From Octopus bimaculoides (lineage: Eukaryota), in assembly GCF_001194135.2 (NCBI RefSeq), contig NC_068984.1, positions 140,368,832 to 140,417,598 on the forward strand: a DNA stretch of 48,767 nt, written 5' to 3'. The position numbers were made by a program, and so were the translations under genes. Below are positions 27,301 to 35,272 of this stretch, one piece after another (the stretch's first letter is position 1; each line of letters opens with the position of its first letter). The notes below the pieces were generated by a model. The model saw nothing but the letters and a program-made list of their open reading frames with translations. It made no database searches and was not told where the DNA came from.

Positions 27301-30300
27301 ATCAACATGGGTGGAGCTGAGCCTGGTGCAGCCCACTGGCTTGCCAGACCTCAAACTGTCCAACCCATGCCAGCATAGAAAACAGACGTTAAATGATGAT
27401 GATGATGACATAAAGAGAGAGAGAGTTTGTTTTTTAAGTGTCAAACAATAGGCCATGGTATAGGATTTGACTATTAATCTAAAGGTAATACTTACACTGC
27501 CAAATTATTTACCTAACCATTTATCATATCTACAGGTGTTGCAGTTCTTACAGAAAGCCTACAAATGTTCCACTCAGGAACCAGGCTGGGAGAAGAACCC
27601 TGAGAAGTGCAAAGAAAAAGGAAGTTTGGCCCTAGAACTTGCAGATGGTAAGTTGAAGTTCTGTTATAATAATTAATTATGGTGGAATGAGTTAATCTCT
27701 GAGTGATTGGGATATCAGCTTTGCCTGAAAACACAAATTCTTCTCCCACAACCAAGACTGTTTTGTTACAATTTTGTTGAACAGTTAATAACTACTCTCT
27801 AGCAGACCCTCATTAGTCTAGCACTGTTGTGACAGTAGCAGCTGGTCAGTAAAGGACCTTGTAGAGGTTGTGATTATTAATCTTTGTTGTATAATGAAAC
27901 TGTACACCCCTCCCAGTAAAAAGTGGTAGTAGCCAGCCATTATAAATAGACAAGTAGTCGGGCGACAGGAGAAGGTCAGAAGATCAAGAGTACGTGTAGA
28001 CTGTGTTGATAGTAGTGTCTGAGCTGATATAGTAATTATACTAAGATACTGAGTGGACGTTATAACGATCCAACCCTTTGAGGATAACAACACTGTACGA
28101 CTGGGGGTCATACAGTACCAAATAGAACCATTTGGAATATAACAACATCTATCAGAGCGACAACCGTCGTCAAAAGACAGATACAACAGTAGCAAAAGAC
28201 TGCTTTACAACAATCCCTAAACCCTTTTCCTGTTGTTAGAACATTTGTCTGCTCCCTGTTTGTTAAGCTTTGTGGGTATAGACCCTTGTAGTTGCAGTCT
28301 TACCTCTCATCAATTCAGGGTTGATGAATAAGGTGTCATTCAAATCTTAGGGTCAGTTTAATTGACTAAGCCTACTCCTTTCAAATTTCAGGCTTTCTGC
28401 CTATATTCAAACAATTATTACATAAACCAGCCCACTTGCCAAAGACCTGTTGAGGCAAGTGAAATCAAAACTGGTGACGTGGCCGATGGCAGTACCGCCT
28501 GATTGGCACCCGTGCCAGTGGAACGTTAAAAGCACCATCTGAGTGTGATTGTTGCCAGGGCCCCTGACTGGCTCCCATGCCAGTGGCACATAAAAAGCAC
28601 CATCTGAGTGTGATCATTGCCAGCGTCTCCTTACTGGCACAGGAAAAACAACATTCGAGCGTGGTCGTTGCTAGTGCCGCTGGACTGGCTGCTGTGCAGG
28701 TGGCACGTAAAAGCTCCCACTACACTCTCGAAGTGGTTGGCGTTAGGAAGAGCATCCAGCTGTAGAAACTCTGCCAGATCAGATTGGAGCCTGGTGCAGC
28801 CTTCTGACTCACCAGTCCTCAGTTAAACTGTCCAACCCATGCCAGCATGGAAAGTGGACGTTAAACAACGATGATGATGATGAACAGAAATGTCCTTTTC
28901 TTACACATTTACTTAAATCTATTTCTAGAAATGTTTAGATCCTTTTTTTTTCTCTTGCTTGTAATTTTTTGTTTATTATAGGTACAGGCATGGCTGTGTG
29001 GTTAAGAAGTTCGCTTCACAACTATATGGTTTTGGGTTCAGTCCTTCTGAGCAGCATTTTGGACAAGTTCCTTTTACTATGACTCAGAACCAATACCTAG
29101 GGAGCTTGGGAGTGAATTTGATAGACAGAAAGTATGCGGAAGCCCATTGTGTGTGTGTTGGTGGGGTTCCTCCACACACACACACAATACTGCTTGACAA
29201 CCACTGTTGGTTTGTTTACATCCCTGTAACTTAGTACTTTAGCAAAAGAGTAATAGAATAAGTATTAAACTCAAAAAAAAAAAAAGCACTAGGGTTGATG
29301 TATTCAACAAAACCCTTTAAGACGGTAACCCAGCGAGGCTGCAAAAATGAGTAAAAGCTTTAAAAAAAGAAATAAAATAAAAGAATTCACCATTATTCAT
29401 CCTTTTCCTTTCTTTCCATTGCCAGCTCATCTGATCTACAGTGCCCAAGCAAAACATTCCACGATATCTGTTCAGACCTTATCATCAGCAAAGTTAATGC
29501 TCCGCTCCATCCTTTCCACAATTAAGGTAATCAATTTCACTTCGTTATGTTCTCAGTAATTTAACTCATTTTGAACATTTAATGTTTTTCATCCATTTTT
29601 ACCAGGCTGGCATCTGAGTGGAGTTCTTGTTAGAGCAATTTTTTGTTTTACCTTCGTCTTCTGCTGCAAGAGAAGGCACGTGGTTTAGTGGTTATAGTGT
29701 TGCTCTCATGGTTGCAATTCATGGATCAGGCAATGCATTGTGTTTTTAAGCAAGACACTTCATTTCACATTGCTCTGGTCCACTCAGTTGGTAAAAATGA
29801 GCAACCCTATAACAGAACGAGGACATGTGGAGGTTTGTAAGAAATGAAGCCAGTATGCTCCACTGGATGGGTTATGTGAGTGTGTATGCATGACAGAGTG
29901 TAAGCATCTTGAGAGAAAAGTTGGGCATAAGAGGCATCAGATGTGGTGAGCAAAAGAGACGACTGCATTGCTGTGGTCATGTGATGTGTTTGGACGAGGA
30001 CAGCTGTGGGAAGAAGTGTCGCATTCTGATGGTGGAGGAAACCCATGAAAGAGGTAGACCCAGGAAGACATGGGACGAGGTGGTGAAGTGCAATCTCTGA
30101 ATGTTGGGCCTTGCAGAGGCAATGACAAGCGACCGAGACCCTTGGCGATATGCCGTGCTTGAGAAGACCCATCAAGCCAAGTGAGATTGTAGTTGTGGCC
30201 GATGTCAGTATCATGGGCAATACGCTGTGCTTGTGAAAACCTGTCATCCCAGTGAAATCATAGTTGTGGCCGATGCCAGAGCTGTCTAACCAGCACCCAT

Positions 30301-31025
30301 GCTGGTGGCACATAAAAGGCACCGTTTGAGCGTTGGGCCTCATGGAGGCAGTGACAGGTGACCGAAACCTTTGGCAATATACTGTGCTTGTGTTGACCTG
30401 TCAAACCAAGTGAGACCGTAGTTGTAGCCAATGTCAGCGTCAAATCAATGGTACTCATGCCAATAGCATGTAAAAAACACCCATTACTTTCTTGGAGTGG
30501 TTAGCATTAGGAAGGGCATCCAGCTGTTGAAACCTTGTCAAATTAGATTGGAATTTGGTGCAGCTTACCAGTTTTCAGTCAAACCGTCCAAGCTATGCCA
30601 GTATGGAAAACGGACGTTAAATGATGATGATGAGACTGGCATCCTGTTCAGTGGGTGTGTTGTGATCTCAGCCACTTATACCACCATGGAAATGAGATAG
30701 CTGGTCTTATGAGTCCAAGGACATATGACAGTCATCATCATCATACATCTATTTTCCATGCTGGCATGGGTTGGACAGGTTAATAAAATTACAATCGACA
30801 CATGCATGGCTGTGTATCACAGAACATCTTATTCCAACGTAAATAATTTCTTGCTTTTTAACAATTTTGTTGATATATTATTTAAATAATATATTTTATC
30901 TTTTACAGAAATACCATTGTGATCCAATAACTGGTGACATTGAAGATAACATGAAAGAAATCTGTTCCAAATTAGATTCTGCAATTACCATAGTTATAAG
31001 CAAGCTAACATTGGCCCAGACTTAA
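2850..31025 (+). CDS. TTC27: Tetratricopeptide repeat protein 27 (Emw1/TTC27 family), multi-exon gene; 22 exons found, 5'-incomplete, one internal exon missing
   Basis: Spliced translation contains motifs I recognise from vertebrate TTC27: [106 protein letters not shown]. All introns are GT-AG. Found exons sum to 2394 nt including the stop codon. Confidence 0.95.
3843..4115 (+). mobile_element. SINE family A, starts in the gap
   Basis: Body and tail match the 34375 copy. Confidence 0.8.
4182..4446. mobile_element. MITE, 265 bp, about 73-bp TIRs, TAA target duplication (PIF/Harbinger-like)
   Basis: CAATTGTTTTATCTGAATTTG... at 4182 is the reverse complement of the end at 4446; TAA at 4179-4181 and 4447-4449. 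Confidence 0.75.
5467..5599 (+). CDS. TTC27: TTC27 exon ([24 protein letters not shown]...VIYQ)
   Basis: CAG acceptor, GTGAGT donor at 5600; conserved GVSxLQxFxQxNWTGP motif. Confidence 0.93.
6423..6563 (+). CDS. TTC27: TTC27 exon ([22 protein letters not shown]...QQLW)
   Basis: CAG acceptor after pyrimidine tract, GTACGT donor at 6564; 47 codons; DGExxY motif. Confidence 0.9.
8097..8199 (+). CDS. TTC27: TTC27 exon ([24 protein letters not shown]...)
   Basis: CAG acceptor, GTGAGT donor at 8200; WWxxR...QxLL motif. Confidence 0.92.
8533..8569 (+). CDS. TTC27: TTC27 37-nt exon ([13 protein letters not shown])
   Basis: CAG acceptor, GTAAAG donor at 8570; phase 1 in and 2 out, exactly bridging its neighbours. 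Confidence 0.85.
8732..9255 (+). mobile_element. RTE (BovB-like) LINE 3' fragment, degenerate
   Basis: Frameshifted translation [20 protein letters not shown]...[32 protein letters not shown], then a CxxC zinc-finger remnant and a short tail. Confidence 0.85.
9341..9716 (-). mobile_element. SINE family A
   Basis: Same head, body and tail on the minus strand. Confidence 0.8.
9904..10028 (+). CDS. TTC27: TTC27 exon ([27 protein letters not shown]...LTG)
   Basis: CAG acceptor, GTAAGA donor at 10029; YYEYxKAK motif. Confidence 0.93.
11330..11736 (-). mobile_element. Solo-LTR-like element, antisense in TTC27 intron
   Basis: Minus strand begins TGTAG; TATATAAA at 11593-11586, AATAAA at 11396-11391; GC-richer than flanks; interrupts a SINE. 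No TSD found and the left boundary is uncertain. Confidence 0.55.
11635..11664. promoter_or_regulatory. Heat-shock element, six alternating nGAAn/nTTCn pentamers
   Basis: gTTCt aGAAg aaTCt cGAAc aTTCt aGAAg with one mismatch, 41 nt upstream of the minus-strand TATA. Confidence 0.65.
12214..12362 (+). CDS. TTC27: TTC27 exon ([21 protein letters not shown]...MLPK)
   Basis: CAG acceptor, GTATGG donor at 12363; diagnostic [10 protein letters not shown]. Confidence 0.96.
12634..13290 (-). mobile_element. RTE (BovB-like) LINE 3' fragment, same family as 8732-9255
   Basis: Minus translation [20 protein letters not shown]...; the 3' end is complementary to the tail of the 8732 copy. Confidence 0.85.
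13809..13918 (+). CDS. TTC27: TTC27 exon ([15 protein letters not shown]...AIVLGL)
   Basis: CAG acceptor, GTAAGA donor at 13919; NDDTxL motif. Confidence 0.93.
15254..15323 (+). CDS. TTC27: TTC27 exon ([23 protein letters not shown])
   Basis: CAG acceptor, GTGAGT donor at 15324; phase-consistent. Confidence 0.88.
15599..16199. repeat. 600-bp fold-back (about 266-bp arms, 66-bp spacer), probable long-TIR MITE
   Basis: 15599-15864 is the reverse complement of 15931-16199, about 93% identical by hand count. Confidence 0.9.
16458..16571 (+). CDS. TTC27: TTC27 exon ([16 protein letters not shown]...IERSMKQIE)
   Basis: CAG acceptor after (CT)n, GTAAGT donor at 16572; 38 codons. Confidence 0.93.
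17932..18027 (+). CDS. TTC27: TTC27 exon ([32 protein letters not shown])
   Basis: TAG acceptor, GTAAGT donor at 18028; 32 codons. Confidence 0.9.
18570..18692 (+). CDS. TTC27: TTC27 exon ([16 protein letters not shown]...[19 protein letters not shown])
   Basis: TAG acceptor, GTAACT donor at 18693; LEMWEDV motif. Confidence 0.95.
18771..18992 (+). mobile_element. piggyBac-like MITE copy
   Basis: TTAACCTTTTAGCATTTAAAC... start, body shared with the 43533 copy, degenerate CTAAAG end. Confidence 0.6.
19005..19135 (+). mobile_element. Old RTE (BovB-like) fragment
   Basis: Translation [23 protein letters not shown] resembles the [18 protein letters not shown] segment of the other copies. Confidence 0.5.
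19750..19923 (+). CDS. TTC27: TTC27 exon, TPR region ([10 protein letters not shown]...[17 protein letters not shown]...KED)
   Basis: TAG acceptor, GTAAGT donor at 19924; 58 codons. Confidence 0.96.
20241..20470 (+). mobile_element. SINE family D (GGCGAGCTG...GAGTTCAAATTCCGCC..GGTCGACTTTGCCTTTCATCC core)
   Basis: Recurrent core; copies at about 5245 (+), 7853 (-), 16200 (+), 35900 (-), 38655 (+) and 40295 (-). Confidence 0.8.
21638..21691 (+). CDS. TTC27: TTC27 exon ([18 protein letters not shown])
   Basis: TAG acceptor, GTAAGA donor at 21692; CFERSxKIN motif. Confidence 0.93.
21764..22010 (+). mobile_element. tRNA-derived SINE family C
   Basis: GTGGCTTAGTGG A box, GAGTTCAATTCC B box, CTTGAGCAAGACACTTTATTTCAC core; copies at about 7075 (-), 19343 (+), 22405 (-), 29665 (+) and 33515 (-). 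Confidence 0.8.
23135..23233 (+). CDS. TTC27: TTC27 exon ([33 protein letters not shown])
   Basis: CAG acceptor, GTGAGT donor at 23234; TPR WFxxGC...AKAFxRCV. Confidence 0.95.
23566..23975 (-). mobile_element. SINE family A with expanded microsatellite
   Basis: Same family, more diverged. Confidence 0.75.
24367..24484 (+). mobile_element. RTE LINE extreme C-terminus (second family), 5'-truncated at (TA)n
   Basis: Uninterrupted [38 protein letters not shown] at 24472-24474; runs into the gap. Confidence 0.8.
25442..25520 (+). CDS. TTC27: TTC27 exon ([26 protein letters not shown])
   Basis: TAG acceptor after (CT)n, GTAAGT donor at 25521; begins in phase 2, implying an unseen upstream exon. 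Confidence 0.93.
25644..25730 (+). CDS. TTC27: TTC27 exon ([29 protein letters not shown])
   Basis: TAG acceptor, GTAAGT donor at 25731. Confidence 0.95.
26233..26346 (+). CDS. TTC27: TTC27 exon ([15 protein letters not shown]...ELFGRLTSK)
   Basis: CAG acceptor, GTAAGT donor at 26347. Confidence 0.95.
26470..26621. repeat. GC-rich 23-bp minisatellite, about 6.5 copies (CCGATGCCGGTGTCGCCTGACTA)
   Basis: Units start at 26470, 26493, 26516, 26539, 26562, 26585 and 26609 (partial); no spacers. Confidence 0.92.
26773..26853 (+). CDS. TTC27: TTC27 exon ([14 protein letters not shown]...KDER)
   Basis: CAG acceptor, GTAAGT donor at 26854; VTxDxxxWxLYA motif. Confidence 0.93.
27536..27647 (+). CDS. 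TTC27: TTC27 exon ([20 protein letters not shown]...LELAD)
   Basis: CAG acceptor, GTAAGT donor at 27648; KAYKC..WEK motif. Confidence 0.94.
27825..28212 (+). mobile_element. Solo-LTR-like element, 388 bp
   Basis: Termini TGTTGT...ACAACA (6-bp inverted), TATAAAT at 27941; no TSD or canonical AATAAA. Confidence 0.4.
28440..28882 (+). mobile_element. RTE-tailed SINE-like family B, with TGGCAC..AAAAGCACC modules and (GAT)n tail
   Basis: Ends ...CCCATGCCAGCATGGAAAGTGGACGTTAAAC..GATGATGATGA; similar copies at about 3228, 5935, 10845, 11860, 17015, 21280, 24145, 24835, 27250, 30490, 43215, 45705 and 48285. Confidence 0.8.
28984..29358 (+). mobile_element. SINE family A
   Basis: GGCATGGCTGTGTGGTTAAGAAG head; diverged body. 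Confidence 0.75.
29426..29526 (+). CDS. TTC27: TTC27 exon ([10 protein letters not shown]...[19 protein letters not shown])
   Basis: CAG acceptor, GTAATC donor at 29527; LSSxxLxLR motif; phase-consistent. Confidence 0.92.
29825..30185 (+). mobile_element. Second RTE LINE family, 3' coding end running into SINE-like tail
   Basis: [10 protein letters not shown]...[22 protein letters not shown]...[13 protein letters not shown]...[23 protein letters not shown]. Confidence 0.85.
30909..31025 (+). CDS. TTC27: TTC27 last coding exon ([17 protein letters not shown]...LAQT*)
   Basis: CAG acceptor; TAA stop at 31023-31025; resembles the D..TGE helical C-terminus of TTC27. Confidence 0.88.
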   Translation, partial: KYHCDPITGDIEDNMKEICSKLDSAITIVISKLTLAQT

Positions 31026-31173
31026 TGCTACACACTTTATTATTATATTTTTATTCTTCCCCGTTTTTAGCAAATTATCAACTTAGCCATGTCCCTTGAT
31101 TGCTTTTTGTTGCTTGAGTTTTTCATTTTTTTGTCTAGTCCCTATCAGGGACTAAGGCCAAGATTTTAACTGC

Positions 31174-31179
31174 AATAAA
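31174..31179 (+). promoter_or_regulatory. Candidate polyadenylation signal of TTC27
   Basis: First AATAAA after the stop codon (about 150 nt); further AATAAA at about 31226 and 31258. Confidence 0.45.
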
Positions 31180-32496
31180 AAAGACACAAACCAGATATCT
31201 CTCTCTCTCTCTATATATATATATAAATAAATATATATATAATCACAAGAGAGGGAGAATAAAATTACAGACAATCAGAAAAACAAAACAAAAAAGTCAT
31301 TCTTGATATTATTTCCTTTATACGGTTTTTTTTTCTTCAAATCCTTTTATGTGGTGTTTGCAACTAAATACAAGGAAAATACTACAAAAAATAATTTGAA
31401 GGAGAAAAAAAAATGGGATTCTTGGAGAGAATGAAGATGATGTATTTTGTGTGAATGAAAATGTGGCTGTCTTTGATGGATGCATGTATGATAGACTTTT
31501 GAGTTGATTAATGCATTGTGAGTGGAATTTGATAAGCAGAAACTGCAGCAGTATCCTTGCAAATATTCCAGCATGGTCAAAGCATGCTTGCTTGCTTATG
31601 CTGCCAGCCTGGCGCCAAAGTCTGCTTGCATATACCGGTGTGGCAAGTATTCCTCCTTCATCTCACAAAAGATGATTTCGCCATGCAACAGAGATCAATA
31701 CCAAAAGTAATGGACCAAAATCAATTCTGGAATCAGTATTAACAAAGTTAAGTATTTGGTAGCATTCTTTTATGTTTCTTTTAAGTTCAAATCACACTCA
31801 GAGTCAAATTATCCATCTCCCTTTGGAGTTGATGCAAGAAGTACTAAACGTGGGGCTTTGTGCTAATCTTTACTGTATTAAGGAAAAATACAATCTTGAT
31901 TAAATACACGCACACAAACATGACTTTATCTGTAAATACTATAAAGATTTTTAAACTATGTTTTGTCCACTGGTGGGTCTGTATCATAGCTTATTGCCAT
32001 ATGTTTCAATATTTTGTCTTGTGTAAAAGGACCAATATCAGATTTTCCCCATCTCTCTCTCCCAGTCTTCCTTTACACAGGTACCAATTTCTAAACACAA
32101 AGGACACAACTGTTCTTTGGTGTTTCCAAAATAAAATTCGAAAAACTCAAAATCTTCAGTGTTTGCGTATTCATTTCTTTTCGGTTTTACATCAGCCTTA
32201 TTTGTTCTGTGCTAGCACGAGTTATGCTTTGCTTGTTTCAGTCATTGCCCCTTGGAAACACACAAAATCAATGATAATAAATGTAAATTGAACCTTTCTT
32301 AAGACTTGCAGTAATCAGAATGTGAAAGCTTGTTCATTCTTTGAAACAGGAAGAGAGTTTAATGTCCGGCTTGATGTTATGTTTATTCAGTGTCAGTATC
32401 ATGAAAGTCGGACGCTGTTCTGGTTGGGGAGAAGACGACCACTAATTGGCTCTGTTAAATTTGCTGTAGATTCAAAAAACCCCACCTGGGAAGCTT

Positions 32497-32790
32497 GCAG
32501 GTGTCTTCTACTATAGCCCCAGGCCAACCAAAGCTTTGTCTGTGGATTTGGTAGGCAGAAACTGAAAAAAGCCCATCGTGTGTGTGTGTGTATATCTGTG
32601 TTTGTCCCCCACCGTCACTGCTCGACAACTGATGTTGGTGAGTTCACATCCTTGAACTTAGTGGTTCAGCAAAAGAGACCAATAGAATAAGTAACAAGCT
32701 TAAAAAAAAACAAGTACTGGGGTGGGTTTGACTAACTAAAACTTCAAGGCAGTGCCCCAGCATGGCCGCAGTCCAATGACTGAAACACTT
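32497..32790 (+). mobile_element. SINE family A, 5'-truncated
   Basis: Body and tail match. Confidence 0.75.
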
Positions 32791-33854
32791 AGAAGGCAGA
32801 AGAAACCACCCATTTTGAAGTGTAAACCTTCTGTCATAACTTTAGTAATAAACTTAAATTATAATCCAAACATTACCTTAACCCATCAGCGCTCATGGTC
32901 CTTTTTTTAGGACCAGGATAATCCATCATATTTCTGTAACACCTGTATTTTTCTGAGATACCTTTAGCTAGTCATCAAGACTGGAATGTCCTTCAAATAT
33001 TGTAATAAGATTCTTTAAAAATATATTTCGTATCAGATAAAGTTTAATAAAAAACGATTTTTGGTAATAAATCAAATAAAAAAATTTAGGCACTCCTTTT
33101 CTTTTTTACTAGATCCGTTCAAATATTTAAAAACTTATTTGATCACATAAGTGGAAATATTTTATTAGAAATATGTTTTCAAATTTATTCTGAATGTGAA
33201 AGGGGGGTGGCTACAGAGAAAAGACCTCCTAGTAAGTGTAAAACTATAATTAAGTTAATTTTCTTCTGTTCTAATCTGTTGATTCAGTCTACACTGTGGT
33301 CCAATGAAATCAGTGACTTTGTGACAATTAGGTCACTGACTCAGCTAAATGGATTTTCAATGGATAAATACACAACAACAACAGTAATTATTTCTGATTT
33401 AGGCACAAGGCTAGTAATTTTGACAGAATGAGATGAATTGGCTGACAATTTAGCACAACTGAAATGAGCATTCAACCTATTTTAGTATTGGATGCAAACA
33501 CACACACACATTACTGGCACTCCATTGGTTGTGATGACGAGAGTACCAGATGATCCAATCAATGCGACAGCCTGCTTGTGAAATTCACGTGCAAGTGGCT
33601 GAACACTCCACAGACATATGTACTCTTAACATAGCTCGCAGGGCAGTTCAGTGTGACATAGAATGCAACAAGGCTGAGCCTTTCGAATTGCAGGCACGAC
33701 TCACTTTTGCCAATTGAGTGGATTGGAGCAATATGAAAGAAAGTATTTTGTTCAAGGACACAGTGTACTGCCTGGTATCAAACTCATGGCCTTATGATTG
33801 TGAGGCTAATATCCGAACCACTAAGCCACGTGTCTTCAAAATAGAGATCACTCT

Positions 33855-34160
33855 CTCTTACTTGTTTCAGTCATTTGACTGTGGCCATGCTGGAGCACCG
33901 CCTTTAGTCGAGCAAATCGCCCCCAGAACTTATTCTTTGTAAGCCTAGTACTTATTCTATCGGTCCCTTTTTGCCAAACCACTAAGCTATGGGGACGTAA
34001 ACACACCGGCATCGGTTGTCAAGCAATGGTGGAGGGACAAACACAGACACACAAACATATACACACACATAAATATATATATATACATATATACGACGGG
34101 CTTCTTTCAGTTTCCGTCTACCAAATCCACTCACACGGCTTTGATCGGCCCAAGGCTATG
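33855..34160 (-). mobile_element. SINE family A, 5'-truncated
   Basis: High similarity to the reverse complement of the 34375 copy. Confidence 0.8.
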
Positions 34161-34374
34161 GTAGATAGCATGATTTCTACAGCTGAATACCCTTCCTAAT
34201 GTTAACAATTTTAGAGTGCACTGGGTGCTTTTTATGTGGCACCAGCATATACATACATAAATTAGTTAAGCATTAAAAGAACAGAATGGATACAAAAGAC
34301 AAAAACAAAACAACTAAATAAAGATGATGCAGTAAGAAAGTAGAAATGCTGTTGGTTGATTAAGAAAACCTCAC

Positions 34375-34742
34375 GCTGTTTTGTGGTAAGTAGCTTGCTT
34401 ACCAACTACATGGTTCCGGGTTCATTCCCACTGCGTGGCACCTTGGGCAAGTGACTTCTACTATAGCCTCGGGCCGACCAAAGCCTTGTGAGTGGATTTG
34501 GTAGACGGAAACTGAAAGAAGCCCATCGTATATATGTTTGTGTCTGTGTTTGTCCCCCCACCCACCATTGCTTGACAACCGATGGTGGTGTGTTTACGCC
34601 CCCGTAACGTTGCAGTTCAGCATAAAAAACCGATAGAATAAGTACTAGGCTTACAAAGAATAAGTCCAGGGCTCGATTTTGCTCGACTAAAGGCGGTGCT
34701 CCAGCATGGCCACAGTCAAATGACTGAAACAAGTAAAAGAGA
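34375..34742 (+). mobile_element. tRNA-derived SINE family A, near full length
   Basis: tRNA-like head (TGTGGTAAG...GGTTCATTCC), central (TA/TG)n, tail ...CCAGCATGGCCACAGTCAAATGACTGAAACAAGTAAAAGA; many copies in the window. Confidence 0.85.
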
Positions 34743-34892
34743 ACGACTCTAGCACGGGTTGAAATGGTTTAGAATTTAAATCTTTAGGAAGTGGAACAAA
34801 TTCAACAGCTTCAAACGCTAAAGTGTTACCAAAATAAGTATATATACAAAAACACATGGCATATTATATACATTGATATTAAATCATTCAAA

Positions 34893-35272
34893 TGGTAAGT
34901 AACTTGCTTCCCAACTACATGGCTCTAGTTTCAGTCCCACTGTGTAGCACCTTGGGCAAGTGTCTTCTATGATAGCCTCGGGCCGGCCAAAACTTTGTCG
35001 GTGGATTTGGCAGACGGAAACTGAAAGACGTCTGTCGTATATATATATACATGTATATATCTGTGTGTCTTTGTGTCTTTTTCTTCCCTCCATCACCGCT
35101 GGACAAACCGTGTTGGTGTGTTTACATCCCCGTGACTTAGCGGTTCGGCAAACCTGAACGATAGAATAAGTACTAAGCTTAAACAATAAGTCCAGTAGTC
35201 AATTTGTTCGATTAAAACCCTTCACGGTGGTGCTCCAACATGGCCGCAGACAAATAACTGAAACAAGTAAAA
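34893..35272 (+). mobile_element. SINE family A
   Basis: Second copy 150 bp downstream of the 34375 copy. Confidence 0.8.
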
